The translations under genes were made by a program, and so were the position numbers. A DNA stretch of 63,519 nucleotides, counting the filler, from Octopus bimaculoides (Eukaryota), in assembly GCF_001194135.2 (NCBI RefSeq). It is 4 parts of 4 records of this genome, joined end to end, with 100 filler letters (N's around TTAATTAATTAA, not from the genome) between each part and the next. Parts side by side here need not be neighbours in the genome. Positions count along the whole stretch, not along the records: positions 1 to 28,670 come from NC_068981.1; positions 28,771 to 44,230 come from NC_068987.1; 2 more parts are not named here. One strand, given 5' to 3'. This document shows, piece after piece, positions 25,956-39,069 of this stretch. Under the pieces are notes generated by a model. The model saw only the letters and a list, made by a program, of their open reading frames with translations. It was not told the origin of the DNA and searched no databases. Every line of letters starts with the position of its first letter. Within the stretch, counting starts at the first letter, position 1.

Positions 25956-26876
25956 TGCTTCCACTTTGAATTCTGACATGCAATAAGGAATTCTGGACAT
26001 GTTACTTTCTATACCTTTGCCCAGTCTATTCTGTATGCTACTTGTTCAGCTTTGGGTTGAATACCTTAACCACTAAGCCACATGCCTTCAAAATTGTTAT
26101 TTTAAAGAAATGGAAGATTACATGATTACATTATCTGATATGTCCTTCTCTTACTCTCACATCATCAAATCAAAACTTTGCCCAGTAGTCTGTCTGGCAA
26201 ATGGATTGATAGAATCCTCCAAGTGTCAGATAACATGCCTTATGTAATATTTGGTTCCATTCCTTCACATTCTGAGGATAAACCTTGCTGGAGTCAACTT
26301 TACTTTTCATCCTTCCAGAGGGATTGATAAAACAGAGTATAAGTTAACTAATGCTGGTGGGTACTTCCTAAATGTGAATGGAATTATGAGAGACAGAGAC
26401 AGACAGACAGACAGAGAAGAAAAGCATCTTTTGAAAATATTTTCTGCCACAATTAATATCTGTTATATTTTTCATCATCTAACATTATATCATTTAGTTG
26501 ATTGCATATTTCTATAACAACAGCCTGATATTCTGTATTGTTGCTTTCATTAATATTAGATACAGAAGCTGATGAGAGCTAATATGGTTCAAATCCAACC
26601 AGTATGAAAACTGACTGGGTATTTCTACTATTTCTACTGCACCCAGTCTTAATTTTTTTAAAAATCCTTTTTCATCCAATCCTAGATTAAGTCATCAAAC
26701 AATTTTATGTATTTATGACAATGTACTTCGATTGCCAAATTCAGATGACTTCACAAAGTTTTAAGTCTAAAATTATTTTACAGCAATAGAGAATATTTAT
26801 TACATTGTAATTTTTTTACATTTCTTTTGAAGTCTAATCTAGGCTGAAATAAACAATGCATATTTGTATATTGATA

Positions 26877-26915
<39 letters not shown>

Positions 26916-27844
26916 TAAAATTAATATATATACATATTTATATATTTTAATCTTAGTGTAAATATAAAACAAAGGATCTATTGAAAAGACTCAAATTAAA
27001 TAGCACTTGATGACACAGTTCTGTTGCTCAATCATCTGGGTTTGCATCAAACTTTAAACAGATTAAATATTTATTATGTCTAAAAATTAATTTCTTTGTT
27101 TGCTACATGGTGTAGTATATAATCATTATCATTGGAAATATCCTGTGAAGCAAACATCTGACATTCTGTAATAAAATTTAAAATGATGGTTAGTTTAAAC
27201 AGTAGTTCCCATATTAACTAGCAAATTAACAAATATCATACACCATGTTATTCTCTTCATACATAGAAAAAAAAATAAAGGAGATTGTCCTGATATATCT
27301 CACAATTTGTTAGTCACTCAAAAGAAGACAAGTATTCCTTTAACCTTCTACCTGCAAAACAGAAGTTAAAATAAATTGTTGTTTAAATCAAACACAAGCC
27401 AGAACTTAGATGTAAAGATTAAACTATTTAAGATGCTGTATGTTTATTGGTATAATTAGTTAATTAATAAATATTTATGTACAACACACAATGCATAAGA
27501 AACCCAAGATAATTCATAGTTAAACTATAGTTTGTTATGCTGCTTTCACTATGAAACTTAGAACAGATGTAAATACCCCAGCATTTAACTATTTAAAATT
27601 GATCTCAGGTTTCTGATACACAGATATTTATTAACTAAAATCAATTATGTTACAAGTTGTAACCATCATTTCACAAAGAGTACTAAAATTCAGGGTACTA
27701 TAATTTCCTCATATACTACTTGGTGTAGTATCTAATTATAATCATTGGATATAATAATATCCAATGATATTATGGAAAGAGTACTAAATTCAAAGTTATT
27801 CAACCATATTGCAATGTACACAAATTTTGATATTGTATGTTAGC

Positions 27845-28232
27845 GTAAAGACCCCCCCCCCCACTTCGGTCATAAATGACTATGAGATTGCACCTAGAAA
27901 GTTACCCTCTGAGGCACAAACCTGGGTACGGTTGTTTTATGGAAGGTGCTCCAGTATGGCCGCAGTCAAACGACTGAAACAAGTAAAAGAGTTTCCCATG
28001 CGTACCAGCCTCCCCTCTCCATGCCACCGATGTTATCCAAGAGTAAAGCAAAGGCCAATACAGTTTAGCACCAGTGATGTCGCAACTCATTTCTACAGGT
28101 GATTGAACTGAAACAACATAAAATAAAGTGCCTTGCTCAAGAACACAACACACAGCCCAGTCTGAGAATTAAACTCACTGCCTCGTGATTGTGAGCCCAA
28201 AGCTCTAACCACTGAGCCATGCACCTTCACTT
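27845..28232 (-). mobile_element. Family D SINE containing a short family B 3' fragment
   Basis: Head GAAGGTGCATGGCTCAGTGGTTAGAGC on minus strand; GGTGCTCCAGTATGGCCGCAGTCAAACGACTGAAACAAGTAAAAG inserted at ~27945-27990. Confidence 0.75.
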
Positions 28233-28630
28233 ATTGTACTTTAACATCATTTTTAAAAAAATAGTGTATCTCTAATTTTTATTTTTTTTTCCTATTCAGT
28301 ATATTTCAACATTTATTGGTTTAATGTCCACTTTTCCTTGCTCACGTGTGTCAGACAGAATTTGTTGAGGCAGATTTTCTAATGTCTGATGCCCTTCTTC
28401 TTACCAACCTTTACCTCCTTCCAAATAAAATAATATTTCTTCATGATCAGACATGCTTCAGAGAAGACTGGAAACAAAGATACTGCTTGCATGATGGTGA
28501 TACTCGTTTACAACTATCATATCATGTCAAGACAAGGAGACTGTAACACACATACACACTCATATACTCACAAACGCATACATATATGCACATATTTAGA
28601 TGGAAACTGAAAGAAGCCTTTATATAAAAA

Positions 28631-28670
<40 letters not shown>

Positions 28671-28770
28671 NNNNNNNNNNNNNNNNNNNNNNNNNNNNNN
28701 NNNNNNNNNNNNNNTTAATTAATTAANNNNNNNNNNNNNNNNNNNNNNNNNNNNNNNNNNNNNNNNNNNN
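28671..28770. other. Artificial scaffold-joining spacer
   Basis: 44 N + TTAATTAATTAA (stop in all six frames) + 44 N = 100 bp. Confidence 0.95.
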
Positions 28771-29043
28771 AACCTAGGTATGGCTGTAAAAAAAGAAGGT
28801 AGAAGTTTTTATTTTTCATTACCTTCGAAATTGCTCTTAAATGTGGTTTTGGTCATTTACTTTATAATTGCCTTTAGATAAACCTAAATTTAGTACCCCT
28901 GTAAATTCATACTTAGCTTATATATAAAACAATATGGGTATCTTCACAACTTAAAATTAAATTGCTTAGATTATAATTAAATTAATATATAGTTATGTGT
29001 ATATATACACATATATGTATATACATATGTACATATATATATA

Positions 29044-29578
29044 TAATAAATCTCTGAGCGAGGTATAAACAGTAGCTGCATGATATCGTGAAGTATATTT
29101 GCCACCTAAATGTGGCTGACCTTTAAGCGTTGATGCTACTGTAGGTTGTAGCCCCAGGAAGACATCTCCTCCAGCTAGCTAATGACACATTTTCTGTGCC
29201 TTATCAGTATTTGTGAAGGGAAGTCATCTTTCCAATCACCAACCTGATGCGATGCACACGGACCCAAGTTTCTAGTTATTGACCCGTTATCAGCATGTGA
29301 CAACCACCGGCTGGCGATGGGAAATGATTCTCAATGCAAATATATATACTTTTTCCAGTGACGAAAAGTCACTGATCTCGAAAAAGTGGAAACAAGCAAT
29401 AATAAATCTCTGAGCGAGGTATGAACAGTAGCTGCACGACATTGGGAAATATATTTGCCACCTAAATGTGGCTAACCCTTAAGGGTTGATGCTACTGTAG
29501 CTTGTAGCCTCAGGTAGACATCTCCAGCTGGCTATTGACACACTTTCTGTGCCCTATCAGTATTTGCAAAGGGAAGGC
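29044..29578. repeat. Two ~180-bp direct repeats separated by ~175 bp
   Basis: ATAATAAATCTCTGAGCGAGGTAT...TATCAGTATTTG..AAGGGAAG at ~29044-29224 and ~29399-29578. Confidence 0.85.
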
Positions 29579-29589
29579 AAATATACTTC

Positions 29590-29925
29590 ATTTACTGGCA
29601 CTTTGCTGGTGGCACATGAAAAAACATTCGAGTGAGGTCATTGCCAGTGCTGCTGGACTGGCTCCTGTGCAGGTGACACATAAAAAGACACCATTTGTGT
29701 GTGGCTGTTGCCAGTACTGTCTTACTGGCCCTCGTGCCGGTGGCACGTAAAAGCACCCACTACACTCTCGGAGTGGTTGGCGTAAGGAACGGCATCCAGC
29801 TGTAGAAACTCTGCCAGATCAGATTGGAGCCTGGTGCAGCCATCTGGTTCGCCAGTCCTCAGTCAAATCGTCCAACCCATGCTAGCATGGAAAGTGGACG
29901 TTAAACGATGATGATGATGATGATA
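29590..29925 (+). mobile_element. Family C retroposon
   Basis: Matches family C units, 3' end and (GAT)n tail. Confidence 0.85.
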
Positions 29926-30299
29926 TTACTATATATTTCCCTCTCACTTTATGCCAAACTAGCTTCTTAACTCATACTTTTATTTATACCTAAGCATAGT
30001 CAATGTATTACCTATCTATACTTATTAAAAAAATTTTTATTACTCTCATTCGTAGCTCCATTATCTCCCCTACATTGTTATTTTCAGTTTACCTCTAATT
30101 AAACCTCTGAACGTTCTTTTTAATATTTATAACCACAGCAAGTATTTACTATCTAAATTTGTAATATTAACAACTAATTTCCTATTTTTACCTTATATTT
30201 AATACATACAAACGAATATTAGTTTTTACACTAACACAACTCCATTTTATGTAGCTCTTTAAGCATTTCTACCCCTTAATACTTGTTTTCATTACATTC

Positions 30300-31150
30300 T
30301 AGCAGCCATCCATATACTTAATTCTTGAGTTTAATTTTATTATCACGTGCAATTTTTTAAAATACACACCACATCTAGTATTGTTTATAACTGTCAGGTC
30401 ATATCCTAATTCAAACGTAACTATGCTTTTCCATTGGACATTTCTATAAAACTTCCTTACATACCTAGCCCTCACACTAAATTTCTCACTGAAGTCATTG
30501 TTGACTCCCACTTTATTTACTGTGTCTTTGTACCTGGTTTGTACAGCTCTCACAAACTGTTCCTCAATGCTTAGTTTCCCTAGTGACCACAATATCACTA
30601 TTTGTGACACCCTTTCAAATGCCTTCTCCAAGTCAATGAATGACGGGATTAATGGTTTGCTTTTTGTATAACTTGATTAACTATTTAGGTGGTAATCCTG
30701 TACTGGATATTTTGAGCATCTCAGCAATTATCTCTGATGGGCCTTCTCTGTCTCTCTTCCTGTCCTCAATTGCCTTAGTTACTTCACTGCTATCAATTTG
30801 AATTGCTGGTCCCTCTTTAAGTTCAGTATAAGGTAGTGCCCCTTTATCCCAGGCATTCTCCATGCTCTTAACAGCCTCTCATAATAGCAATTCTATATCA
30901 CTTTCTTGTCTTCCACAATGATGACAAGTATGCCTTCATCATTTCAAATACATTTCTCACCATTGACATTTTGGTTCTCTCTCATGTGATTTTGAACACT
31001 TCACACCTCTGATCCTCACATTGCAAGACATGCACCAGCCTGTTCCTCTCTGCTTCACCCTTAGCCAACCATACCAGTCACCTAGTTGTCCTTCTAGTTA
31101 TTTGGTAATGCTGCCTACTACCACTTTGCTTCCTTTTTTTCCTTCCAAGA
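30300..31150 (-). mobile_element. Degenerate RTE-clade LINE fragment (linker and RT start)
   Basis: EGPAIQIDSSEVTKAI...GPSEIIAEMLK; (D)LEKAFERV...LWSLGKL..EEQFVRAVQTRY. Confidence 0.75.
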
Positions 31151-32451
31151 TCCACTCCCAAATTTTATGAAAATCTGTATTAGTTGATATCGTTGGAGTT
31201 ATCTCTTTTATTCATTATTTTTAGCTTTTAAGACCTTTTGGAGAAAGTTTAGTTTGCAAAGGTGATTTCAGTTAATGGAAATTTTTCAACTCACCATATT
31301 ACGTATGTGATACTCTATTGTGCATGTCATACTTACATGAGCGGGATTTTTTTTTCTGAGAGAATTTATGGTCAGTATTAGAATGTCTTTTGTACACTAC
31401 TAACTATTACAGCCATGAATATCTGAAAAAATGATGTTACCACTCATATTGCTGGTTTTGTTTTTATATATAAACAATTGATCATATATCAAATATGTTG
31501 AATAGAGCTGCTAAAGTGAGCTGGGTATTTAATATCCAGAGAACTTGTAAAAGTTGCAAAGAAATTTATTTTGCTCAGTAGTCATTGATTAAAAAAAAAT
31601 TGTAATTTTTGAGTTTCTAGAGCAGACATCAAAATAAGTAATCAGTTAAATAGAAAAACATGATATGAATAGTGACACTTAATTTTGTTTGGTGGGGATG
31701 TCATTACATTAGATGGGTTAGAATGTGGTCATGGTGCATAATAAACTGTCAATATGTTCTGTTTCATATTGTCTTGCACATCAAAACTTAGATAATTAAT
31801 TTTCAATCCTGGAGCCTTAATTTATTGTAGTAGTGTTAAAAGTAAGGTAGTTATGTGTGCAATTCTATTTGTGGCCAAAACTTATAGGAAGTCATAAAGT
31901 TATCATAGTAAGTTAACAAAACACTGATCAGTTTTACAGTGTTACTGGTAATGTTTACAACTGTAAACCATACCACTCCATTTCAACTACTTACCTACTG
32001 CAGCTAGGTGATTGAAGCAGTTCAGAGTTAAATAAGTATCTTGGTCATGCTTACAGTACGGTTCTAGTAACAGAGTATGAACTACAAATCCTATGACTGA
32101 TGTCTAGAAGCATATAATCTATGACTCTCATTAATATACTTCTACACTATTTCACAGTAGGGAGCCATTACATTCTGTGATATATACTCATAATAAAGTA
32201 GACAGTACTACTGGGAGTTAAATGTGTGTATAGGCCCTCAACCTATACACTTGTTACCATATGCCAGGATATAATTTGTTGACAACCTCAGCTTCTTGTT
32301 TTATACTCTTGTTTTTACAGTACTCTACTGTTTTTGTTATCTGTTGCATTCAGACATTGGTAACATATAAGAAATATTAAAATCTTAACAAATGTGCACT
32401 AACCAAACCAGAGTATTTTTGTGACAATTGATTAATCTGTTACTTTTACAG

Positions 32452-32522
32452 AGATAGAAAAAGCCCTGTTAGCAGAAGAAGAAGTAGTTCTAGAAACAGA
32501 GATCGCCGCCATCGTTCACCTG
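32452..32522 (+). CDS. PRPF38A: Internal coding exon (71 nt, phase 2 to 1), RS domain of probable pre-mRNA splicing factor 38A
   Basis: ttttacag|...|gtaagt; (R)DRKSPVSRRRSSSRNRDRRHRSP; splices in frame to the next two exons; Prp38 domain itself not in the window. Confidence 0.7.
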
Positions 32523-33030
32523 GTAAGTACCTTTTAATGTTAAAACATTTATTTCTTATTAAAGTATAATTATGTTTCATTGTTTGTGTTTAGAGTTCTA
32601 ATTAGGTGGAGCAGTAGTTTTAAGTAAATAAGTGCCTTAACCTTCCCTCTGAGAAATACTTGTCATTGCTTACACTTTCTTCTTGTACATTTTCATTCAT
32701 TATTCTCCCACTTACTGTCTGGTATACTCACCTCTCTCACATGTTATACTTAGTCCTTTTCATGTCAGAAGATGTTATAACACCTTCATGTTAGTCAACC
32801 AAATCCATTCTATGTTTCAGTTTCTGCACTTTCCCTCATTTCTTTCTTATCTTTTCTTCTGGATATGTGTCTTGCTCATCATAGAAGTAACTTCAGAGTT
32901 TTACTGGCCATTTTAGAATAGACAATGTTTGGCTAAAATCTGAAGCAATAAGCTGTTATTTTATCCACTTCATTAATTCACTTTCAAATTTAAAGATGTT
33001 GACTGAAAAATGTTTGCTTCTGTTTTTCAG

Positions 33031-33055
33031 TTACAAGGCACAGAGATGATGACAG
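33031..33055 (+). CDS. PRPF38A: 25-nt coding microexon (phase 1 to 2)
   Basis: tgtttttcag|TTACAAGGCACAGAGATGATGACAG|gtaac; (V)TRHRDDD(R); required to keep the frame between the flanking exons. Confidence 0.7.
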
Positions 33056-34650
33056 GTAACTAAAACATTAATTAAACTTTATGTTGATTGTTTATTTTTA
33101 TCTTATGCTTATTTGATGTCAATTACTTTATCATGTTTGTTAAGCAAAATATTCTTTCTACTGTGTGTTTGCTAAGACATGTTTGTTTATGTTAATATTG
33201 TTGAAACAAATATGAGATGGGGTGAGAGCAAGATTTTAAATTTGGATAACAGCTTTATGAGTGGTAGTGGCATAATAAATACAAGCATTTATTCCATTGA
33301 TTGTAGAAAGGCCTTCAAACAGTAAGATCATTAGCCACAGGTGAGAAAATACTATATTCCACACTAATGTATTTCGAAAATCAACATACCACTCAAGGGG
33401 CCATGAAGTGCAGATGTATACATGCATTACTTATTTTATGTACTATATTCAGGATAATTAGTCCATTACCTTCATAATATTCATTTTGCCATGCAGAAAT
33501 GAAGCACAAATTATATATCTTCTCATATATGAAGCTAAACATTCTGATCACTTCTTCCTATATCAACCTAGCTCTTCTTTTGATCTGGGAGTCCTTCACT
33601 TGACAATGGAGACCTTCCACTGTCAGCATATTTCACCCAACATGTGTCATCCATACATCATGTGCAGCCATAACAGTACAGCTGCTTCCTCTCCAACATA
33701 CATCAAGTTACACCTTTTAATGTCCAGCCACTCTTCTCATCTTATTTATGCTGTCTTTGGGCATTCAGTAGATTATATTCTATTCACTTCTCATTGCCAA
33801 AGTTTTATTATTATTAGTATTACTACTGCTTCTACTGAGGCAGCAGGCTGGCAGAATCATTAGCATGCTTAGTGGAATTTTGTCCATCTTTATGTTCTAA
33901 GTAAATTCTACTTAGATCAATTTTGCCTTTCATCCTTTTGGGGGTCTATAAAATAAGTACCAGTCTAGCATTGGGGCTGATAAAATTGACTAAACCCCTT
34001 TCAGGCCTTGTGCCTATAGAAGAAAGGATTATTATTATTACAACACTTTTCACAAAGCATCACCTTTCACTTAGGTTTACTGGGTGGTACAACACAATAT
34101 TATTCACTGTCCTTTCTATTTGGAGAATAGAAAAATAAAAAAGTAAAATCAGATTGTGTAATTTCTATATTTGAAAAGGTTAATCAGAAATCTAAATAGT
34201 TAAAAACAACAAGCCAACAATATATATATCAATACAAATGTTGAGTGAAAATTAATTTTACATTTACATGTAAATAAAATGGAACTTTGTAGTATACCAG
34301 ATTAACAAAAGCAAAAAGACAGGTTACTGGCTTGATCCACTGTAAACTTATTACCTGCTACTTACATACACTCACATTTGCATTTCCCTCTTGCCTTCCC
34401 TCTCCTTCTTTCTTACACTCCATCTTCCTTCTGTCTCCCCCATTTTCACTTCCTTCTCTTTCCTTCATTTCTCCTTTTTCTCTCATATTCCTTTCTTCCC
34501 TCTCATAACTTCCACTCCTTCTCTTATAATTTCTCTCTTTCTCTTTACCCGTTCCTCTTTCTCCAACAAAAGCACATATACAGATATGCTATATCTAACT
34601 TTATATTTTATATTTTTGCTACTTTTAAAAATATTTTCATAAAATTTCAG

Positions 34651-34852
34651 AAAGAAACGCAATAAGAAAGCCAAACGGGATCACAGAGAACGCAACCGAG
34701 ATACTGACAGGCACCGGGATAGAGGCCGTGAGCGTGAACGTGACCGTGATGACAAGAGAGACAGAGACAGAGGTCATAGAGGGGGCCGTGACGAGATTCG
34801 AGAGGCCAATGAACTCAGAGCCAGGCTTGGGATGGCCCCTCTTAGGCCTTAG
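34651..34852 (+). CDS. PRPF38A: Terminal coding exon: RD repeats plus C-terminal HIND motif
   Basis: aaatttcag|; KKRNKKAKRDHRERNRDTDRHRDRGRERERDRDDKRDRDRGHRGGRDEIREANELRARLGMAPLRP*; TAG at 34850-34852. Confidence 0.75.
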
Positions 34853-34930
34853 TGTGAATGCATTCAAGCTTTAGTGTTTGTACAAACATTAAAACCAAAG
34901 GAAACCACTCCAGTTCATCATCTCTTTGTA

Positions 34931-34936
34931 AATAAA
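34931..34936 (+). promoter_or_regulatory. Candidate polyadenylation signal AATAAA
   Basis: 79 nt after the stop, followed by a T-rich tract. Confidence 0.5.
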
Positions 34937-36959
34937 TTCATCTTTGTTATAAACTTATCATTTTTATTAATTCCTCATTGTTATTAATTTATCAACTTTC
35001 TATTTTCTCTCTGTCTTAGTTATTAGTACTAGTGGTCAAAGGACAGTGCATTGATATAATTGTTAAAGCATCAAACAAAATACTTTGTAGTTGTTTCGTC
35101 TCTTCATGTTCTGAGTTCAAATTCCACTGAAGTCAACTTGCCTTTCATCCTTCTGGTATCAATAAAATAAAGTACCAGTGAAGTATTGGGATCAAATATT
35201 ATCAACTCCCTCACCCCCCCCCCNNNNNNNNNNNNNNNNNNNNNNNNNNNNNNNNNCCCCCCCCATTTGCATATTTTAGAAACAGTTGTTATTGTTATTA
35301 TTTCTTGCATAGGTGCTAGGCTAGTAATTTAGATGTGGGAAAACAACCAATGACATTAGTCCACTATTTCAGGTTGGAGGGATGGAAAACAAAAACAGAT
35401 CTTGCAAAGTTAATTTTGACTTTCATCTTGATGGGGGTCAATAAAATAAATATCAGTCAACTGTCCCCCATCCCAAATTTCAGGCCTCGTGTCTATGGTA
35501 AGAAAATATTATTAAGGCAGTATGCTGGCAGAATTGTTAGCACCTTGAACAAAATGCTTAGTAGCATTTCTCCTGAGCTTAAATACTGCCAAAGTCAACT
35601 TGCCTTTCATGCTTTAAAGATTTATGAAATGAATGAATACCAGTCAAGTACTTAGGGCTAGTGATATTGACTAACCCTGACCCCTCAAAATTGTTGGCTA
35701 AGTACCAGTTGTTGTTTTGTTATCAGTAACATGTCACTTCAAGTTGCTTGTAAATTTTGTCTGCTTTAACTATTTCAAAAGACTGTTTACAACTGTTTAC
35801 TCTGTGTTTCTTGTAAAGTGACCAAGCTTCTGAGGAGTTCCTCAGTTTCATTGTACTTTCACCTTTTGGGATAGAATTGTAGTTATCTGTGTGAAATTTA
35901 CATGTTTCTTTTTTAAAAATTTCAAAGCATCACATCAAAATATTCGACAGAAAACCAGAGGAATTTAAACATGGATTGGAACAACAATGTTAACACTGCC
36001 TTCTACACATTAAACCAAAGTACTGCCTCCACCAGTTCCAACAGAAATATTCCTTTCTACTATAGGCTCAAAGCCGGAAATTTTGGGGGAGGGGTTGTCA
36101 GTTACATTGACCCCAGTGTTCAACTGGTACTTATTTCATTGATTCTGAAAGGATGAAAGGCAAAGTTGACATCAACAGAATTTGAATCCAGAACAGAAAG
36201 ATGAACAAAATGCCATTGAAAATTTTGTCTGGCATGCTAATGATTTTGCAAGTTCACTGCCTTAGTGCCAACAGAAATAATGACAATGAAGATGAGAGCC
36301 ACAAAAACAAAATTAACACACCTGCTAATGATGCTAATGCAGAAATAATAACTACCATCATTACCATCACCACCAGCATTAACAGTAAAATAATAAATAA
36401 TGAAAACAGCATGCCAAAAATATCCATTGGTTGCAGTTTTATTGATATCTGCACAGAGGAAGAAAATTTTTGTATGTGATGACACAGACCATCTTAAGGT
36501 TTTCTGTCCACAGCAAAGGAGGGAAGAAGGCAAACCTCCACTACTGCTGATACCATCACCACATCAGCAACTGTAATGGTAAAATTAGCAGCCATGAAAG
36601 CAGCAACAAAAACATCAACAGTTGAAGCAACAGTAACAAAAGAAACACTATTCATTACCACCAGCAACAGCAACCGAAATCCACCAAATAACTAGAGAAC
36701 AAAAAGGCAAGCACCCCCAGAACATTCCCCTCCCAGCTTGGAACCATTGAAACATGTCATATAGCAAAGGTGACAAGAAAGAAACCAAATTGAAGGAGGC
36801 AATCAAGCAAAAAGAGAAAGAGAAAAAGGTCACCTCAACAAAAAAAGCTGGGAAGTTTGAACAGACAGAAGAAACACCTTCAACAACACCATCACCGCTA
36901 CTACCACAGTCATCATCAACATTGCAAATACTAACACAACCTAAAATCCACACTTAAAA

Positions 36960-37170
36960 GAACTACTCTCATAGTTGGAAGAGGTCCTGTGGTAAGCCCA
37001 GCACCTGATAGCTGGACATGATTAAGGAGGATCCCCAAAGGCTCGATGTCACCTTGGAGGATGCAGAGGAGCTGGCATAAGACTGCCAGCAATGGAGAGC
37101 ATTGGTGGACCTGTTCAACTCTACACACAATGACTCCTTTGGGACTGCTAACCTGGCATAACCCCAGCCC
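36960..37170 (+). mobile_element. RTE-type LINE 3' end fragment
   Basis: LDMIKEDPQRLDVTLEDAEELA*DCQQWRALVDL. Confidence 0.7.
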
Positions 37171-37469
37171 CATCAAGCAATAGCATACAGGGAGAGAGAG
37201 AGAGAGAAAACCAACAAGAACAGCACCTGCAAAGAAACTTCATACATGACCATAAATACCAACAACAAAGATATCATACAAAAACACACTAACATTACTC
37301 TCCATATCAACACCAATTTTTATGTGTTTATATTATTTGTATAATATCAACATATATTATAATCACCTTGAGATGCCACATTTTTTTGTGATTTCAATGA
37401 GCATATTTTTCTGATTTCTGAGCCTGTTACATTCTTTTACCAAAATATATTGCGAAATCAGCATTTTGG

Positions 37470-37927
37470 ATCTATTCATTTTTCCATCACATTAGCTTGG
37501 TAGTTCTGGGTCACTAAGCTTTGGTCTTGAGCTGCTGAGATGAAGCCTTCACTTTCTGCCTTTATCCCTGAGCTTCCTAGCCACTGATGGGTATGATTCT
37601 GGTCAACATCAGCTTGTTTGCTACAAGCCACATATTTTCTCCTATGCTTTTTGTTCGCCATTAATTTTACTTTCTTTGCAACAATAGATTCCACACTTCC
37701 CTTAGGTTGTTCAGTCTGGGTATCATTCATGAAATCAATAGCAAATTTTTTTGTCTACTTCAAGATAGAATGAAACTTCTTAACTCTCTTATGATTTTCA
37801 ACAAGTTTTAGTTGTTTCAAGACATTTGGCTTGTCCAGTTTTGGTGGTTTGGTAAGAAATTTCAACTGGATCAAGCTTCAATCTCCTTGGATTCTGGGAA
37901 AGTAAAGACAATCTACAAATTTTTCTA

Positions 37928-37988
<61 letters not shown>

Positions 37989-38570
37989 TCACTGATGTTC
38001 CAGTTCGATATATTGAAGCTATAAGTATAAATTGGAACTTCTTAGAAATTTATGACTAACATCTTGCTATTTGCATTTAGCTCAGGTTTCAGAACTGCTT
38101 GTACCCTCCTATGACATTCCTTCCTGATTTGTTTCATGCTTGCATGCTAAATGCCAGAGCCTTCATTTATTCCTAGGTAATTATTGGTTTCTTCCTGCTC
38201 AAGTTTTTTTATAACTGTTTTAACATCTAACCCAACTGAATTTGAGTTTATCAATTTCCCTTTCTGAAAAGTGGTCTTGGCATACTTATCAAGGCCAAAC
38301 TCCATCCAATGTCATCACTGAATGCTTTCATAGAACATAATAGGCTTTCAAGCTCATCTTTGCCTCTGAGTTTTAAGTCATCCGTATAAAATAGAAAGAG
38401 TTTATTTTCTTGTCAATTTTATAATCATACCCTGTTCTGTCAAGTTCATTTATGAGGTGCATTAGAGCTATTAAAAAAAATTACAGGTGAAAGTAAGTTG
38501 TCTTGGAAAATGCCACAGCTGATGCTAATATTGCTTGAATCTAGTACTCCATTAGAATGATATAACTGGA
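37470..38570 (-). mobile_element. Dong/R4-type retrotransposon RT fragment
   Basis: CGIFQDNLLSP; LFYTDDLKL (YxDD); HQWLGSSGIKAESEGFISAAQDQSL. Confidence 0.8.
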
Positions 38571-38631
38571 AATTATACTTCAGAAAGTTTGAAATTACTA
38601 TTATCATCATTATTATTATTAGCCATAGTGA

Positions 38632-38930
38632 GGACGCATGGCCTAGTGATTAGGGTGTTGCTCTCATGACTGAGATCAAAGTTTCAATTCCTGGACTGGG
38701 TGGGGCATTGTGTTCTTGAGCAAAATACATCTCATGTTGCTCTGTGATCACTTTTGACACCTGACGCATGGTACACCATGCACCTGTTTAGGTGGTGTTG
38801 ATTTAATGGAGGGAGTGAGCCAATGTACAGCATATATATTTGATCACTATAAACAAATTTTTTGTGCAGCTTGTTCCACAAAAGCTGAGCATTCATACAT
38901 TGTCCTTGACAGGAGAGTCCTTCATTATCG
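38632..38930 (+). mobile_element. tRNA-derived SINE (divergent family)
   Basis: GAGGACGCATGGCCTAGTGATTAGGG A box; GTTTCAATTCC B-box-like; GTTCTTGAGCAA shared with family D. Confidence 0.65.
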
Positions 38931-39069
38931 TCATCATTATTATTATTATTGTGCATGAATAAGGTGGTAGGCTGGCAGAATTGTTAGCACGTTTGATGAA
39001 ATGTTTTGCAGTATTCCACCTGTTGCTGTGTTCTGAGTTCAAATTCAACTTGTGCCTTTAGTAGGAAAG

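Noticed and set aside
26560-26640. CTGATGA...GAAA hammerhead-like string
   Set aside because: 15 nt separate helix II from GAAA; GGTTCAAATCC is better explained as a tRNA B box
29350-29398. TTTCCA-GTGACGA...GAAA..TGGAAA hammerhead-like string
   Set aside because: C3 missing, and no helix III or NUH
36180-36960. Long T/A/K/S-rich ORFs downstream of the gene
   Set aside because: Decayed trinucleotide low-complexity sequence; no splice signals or domains
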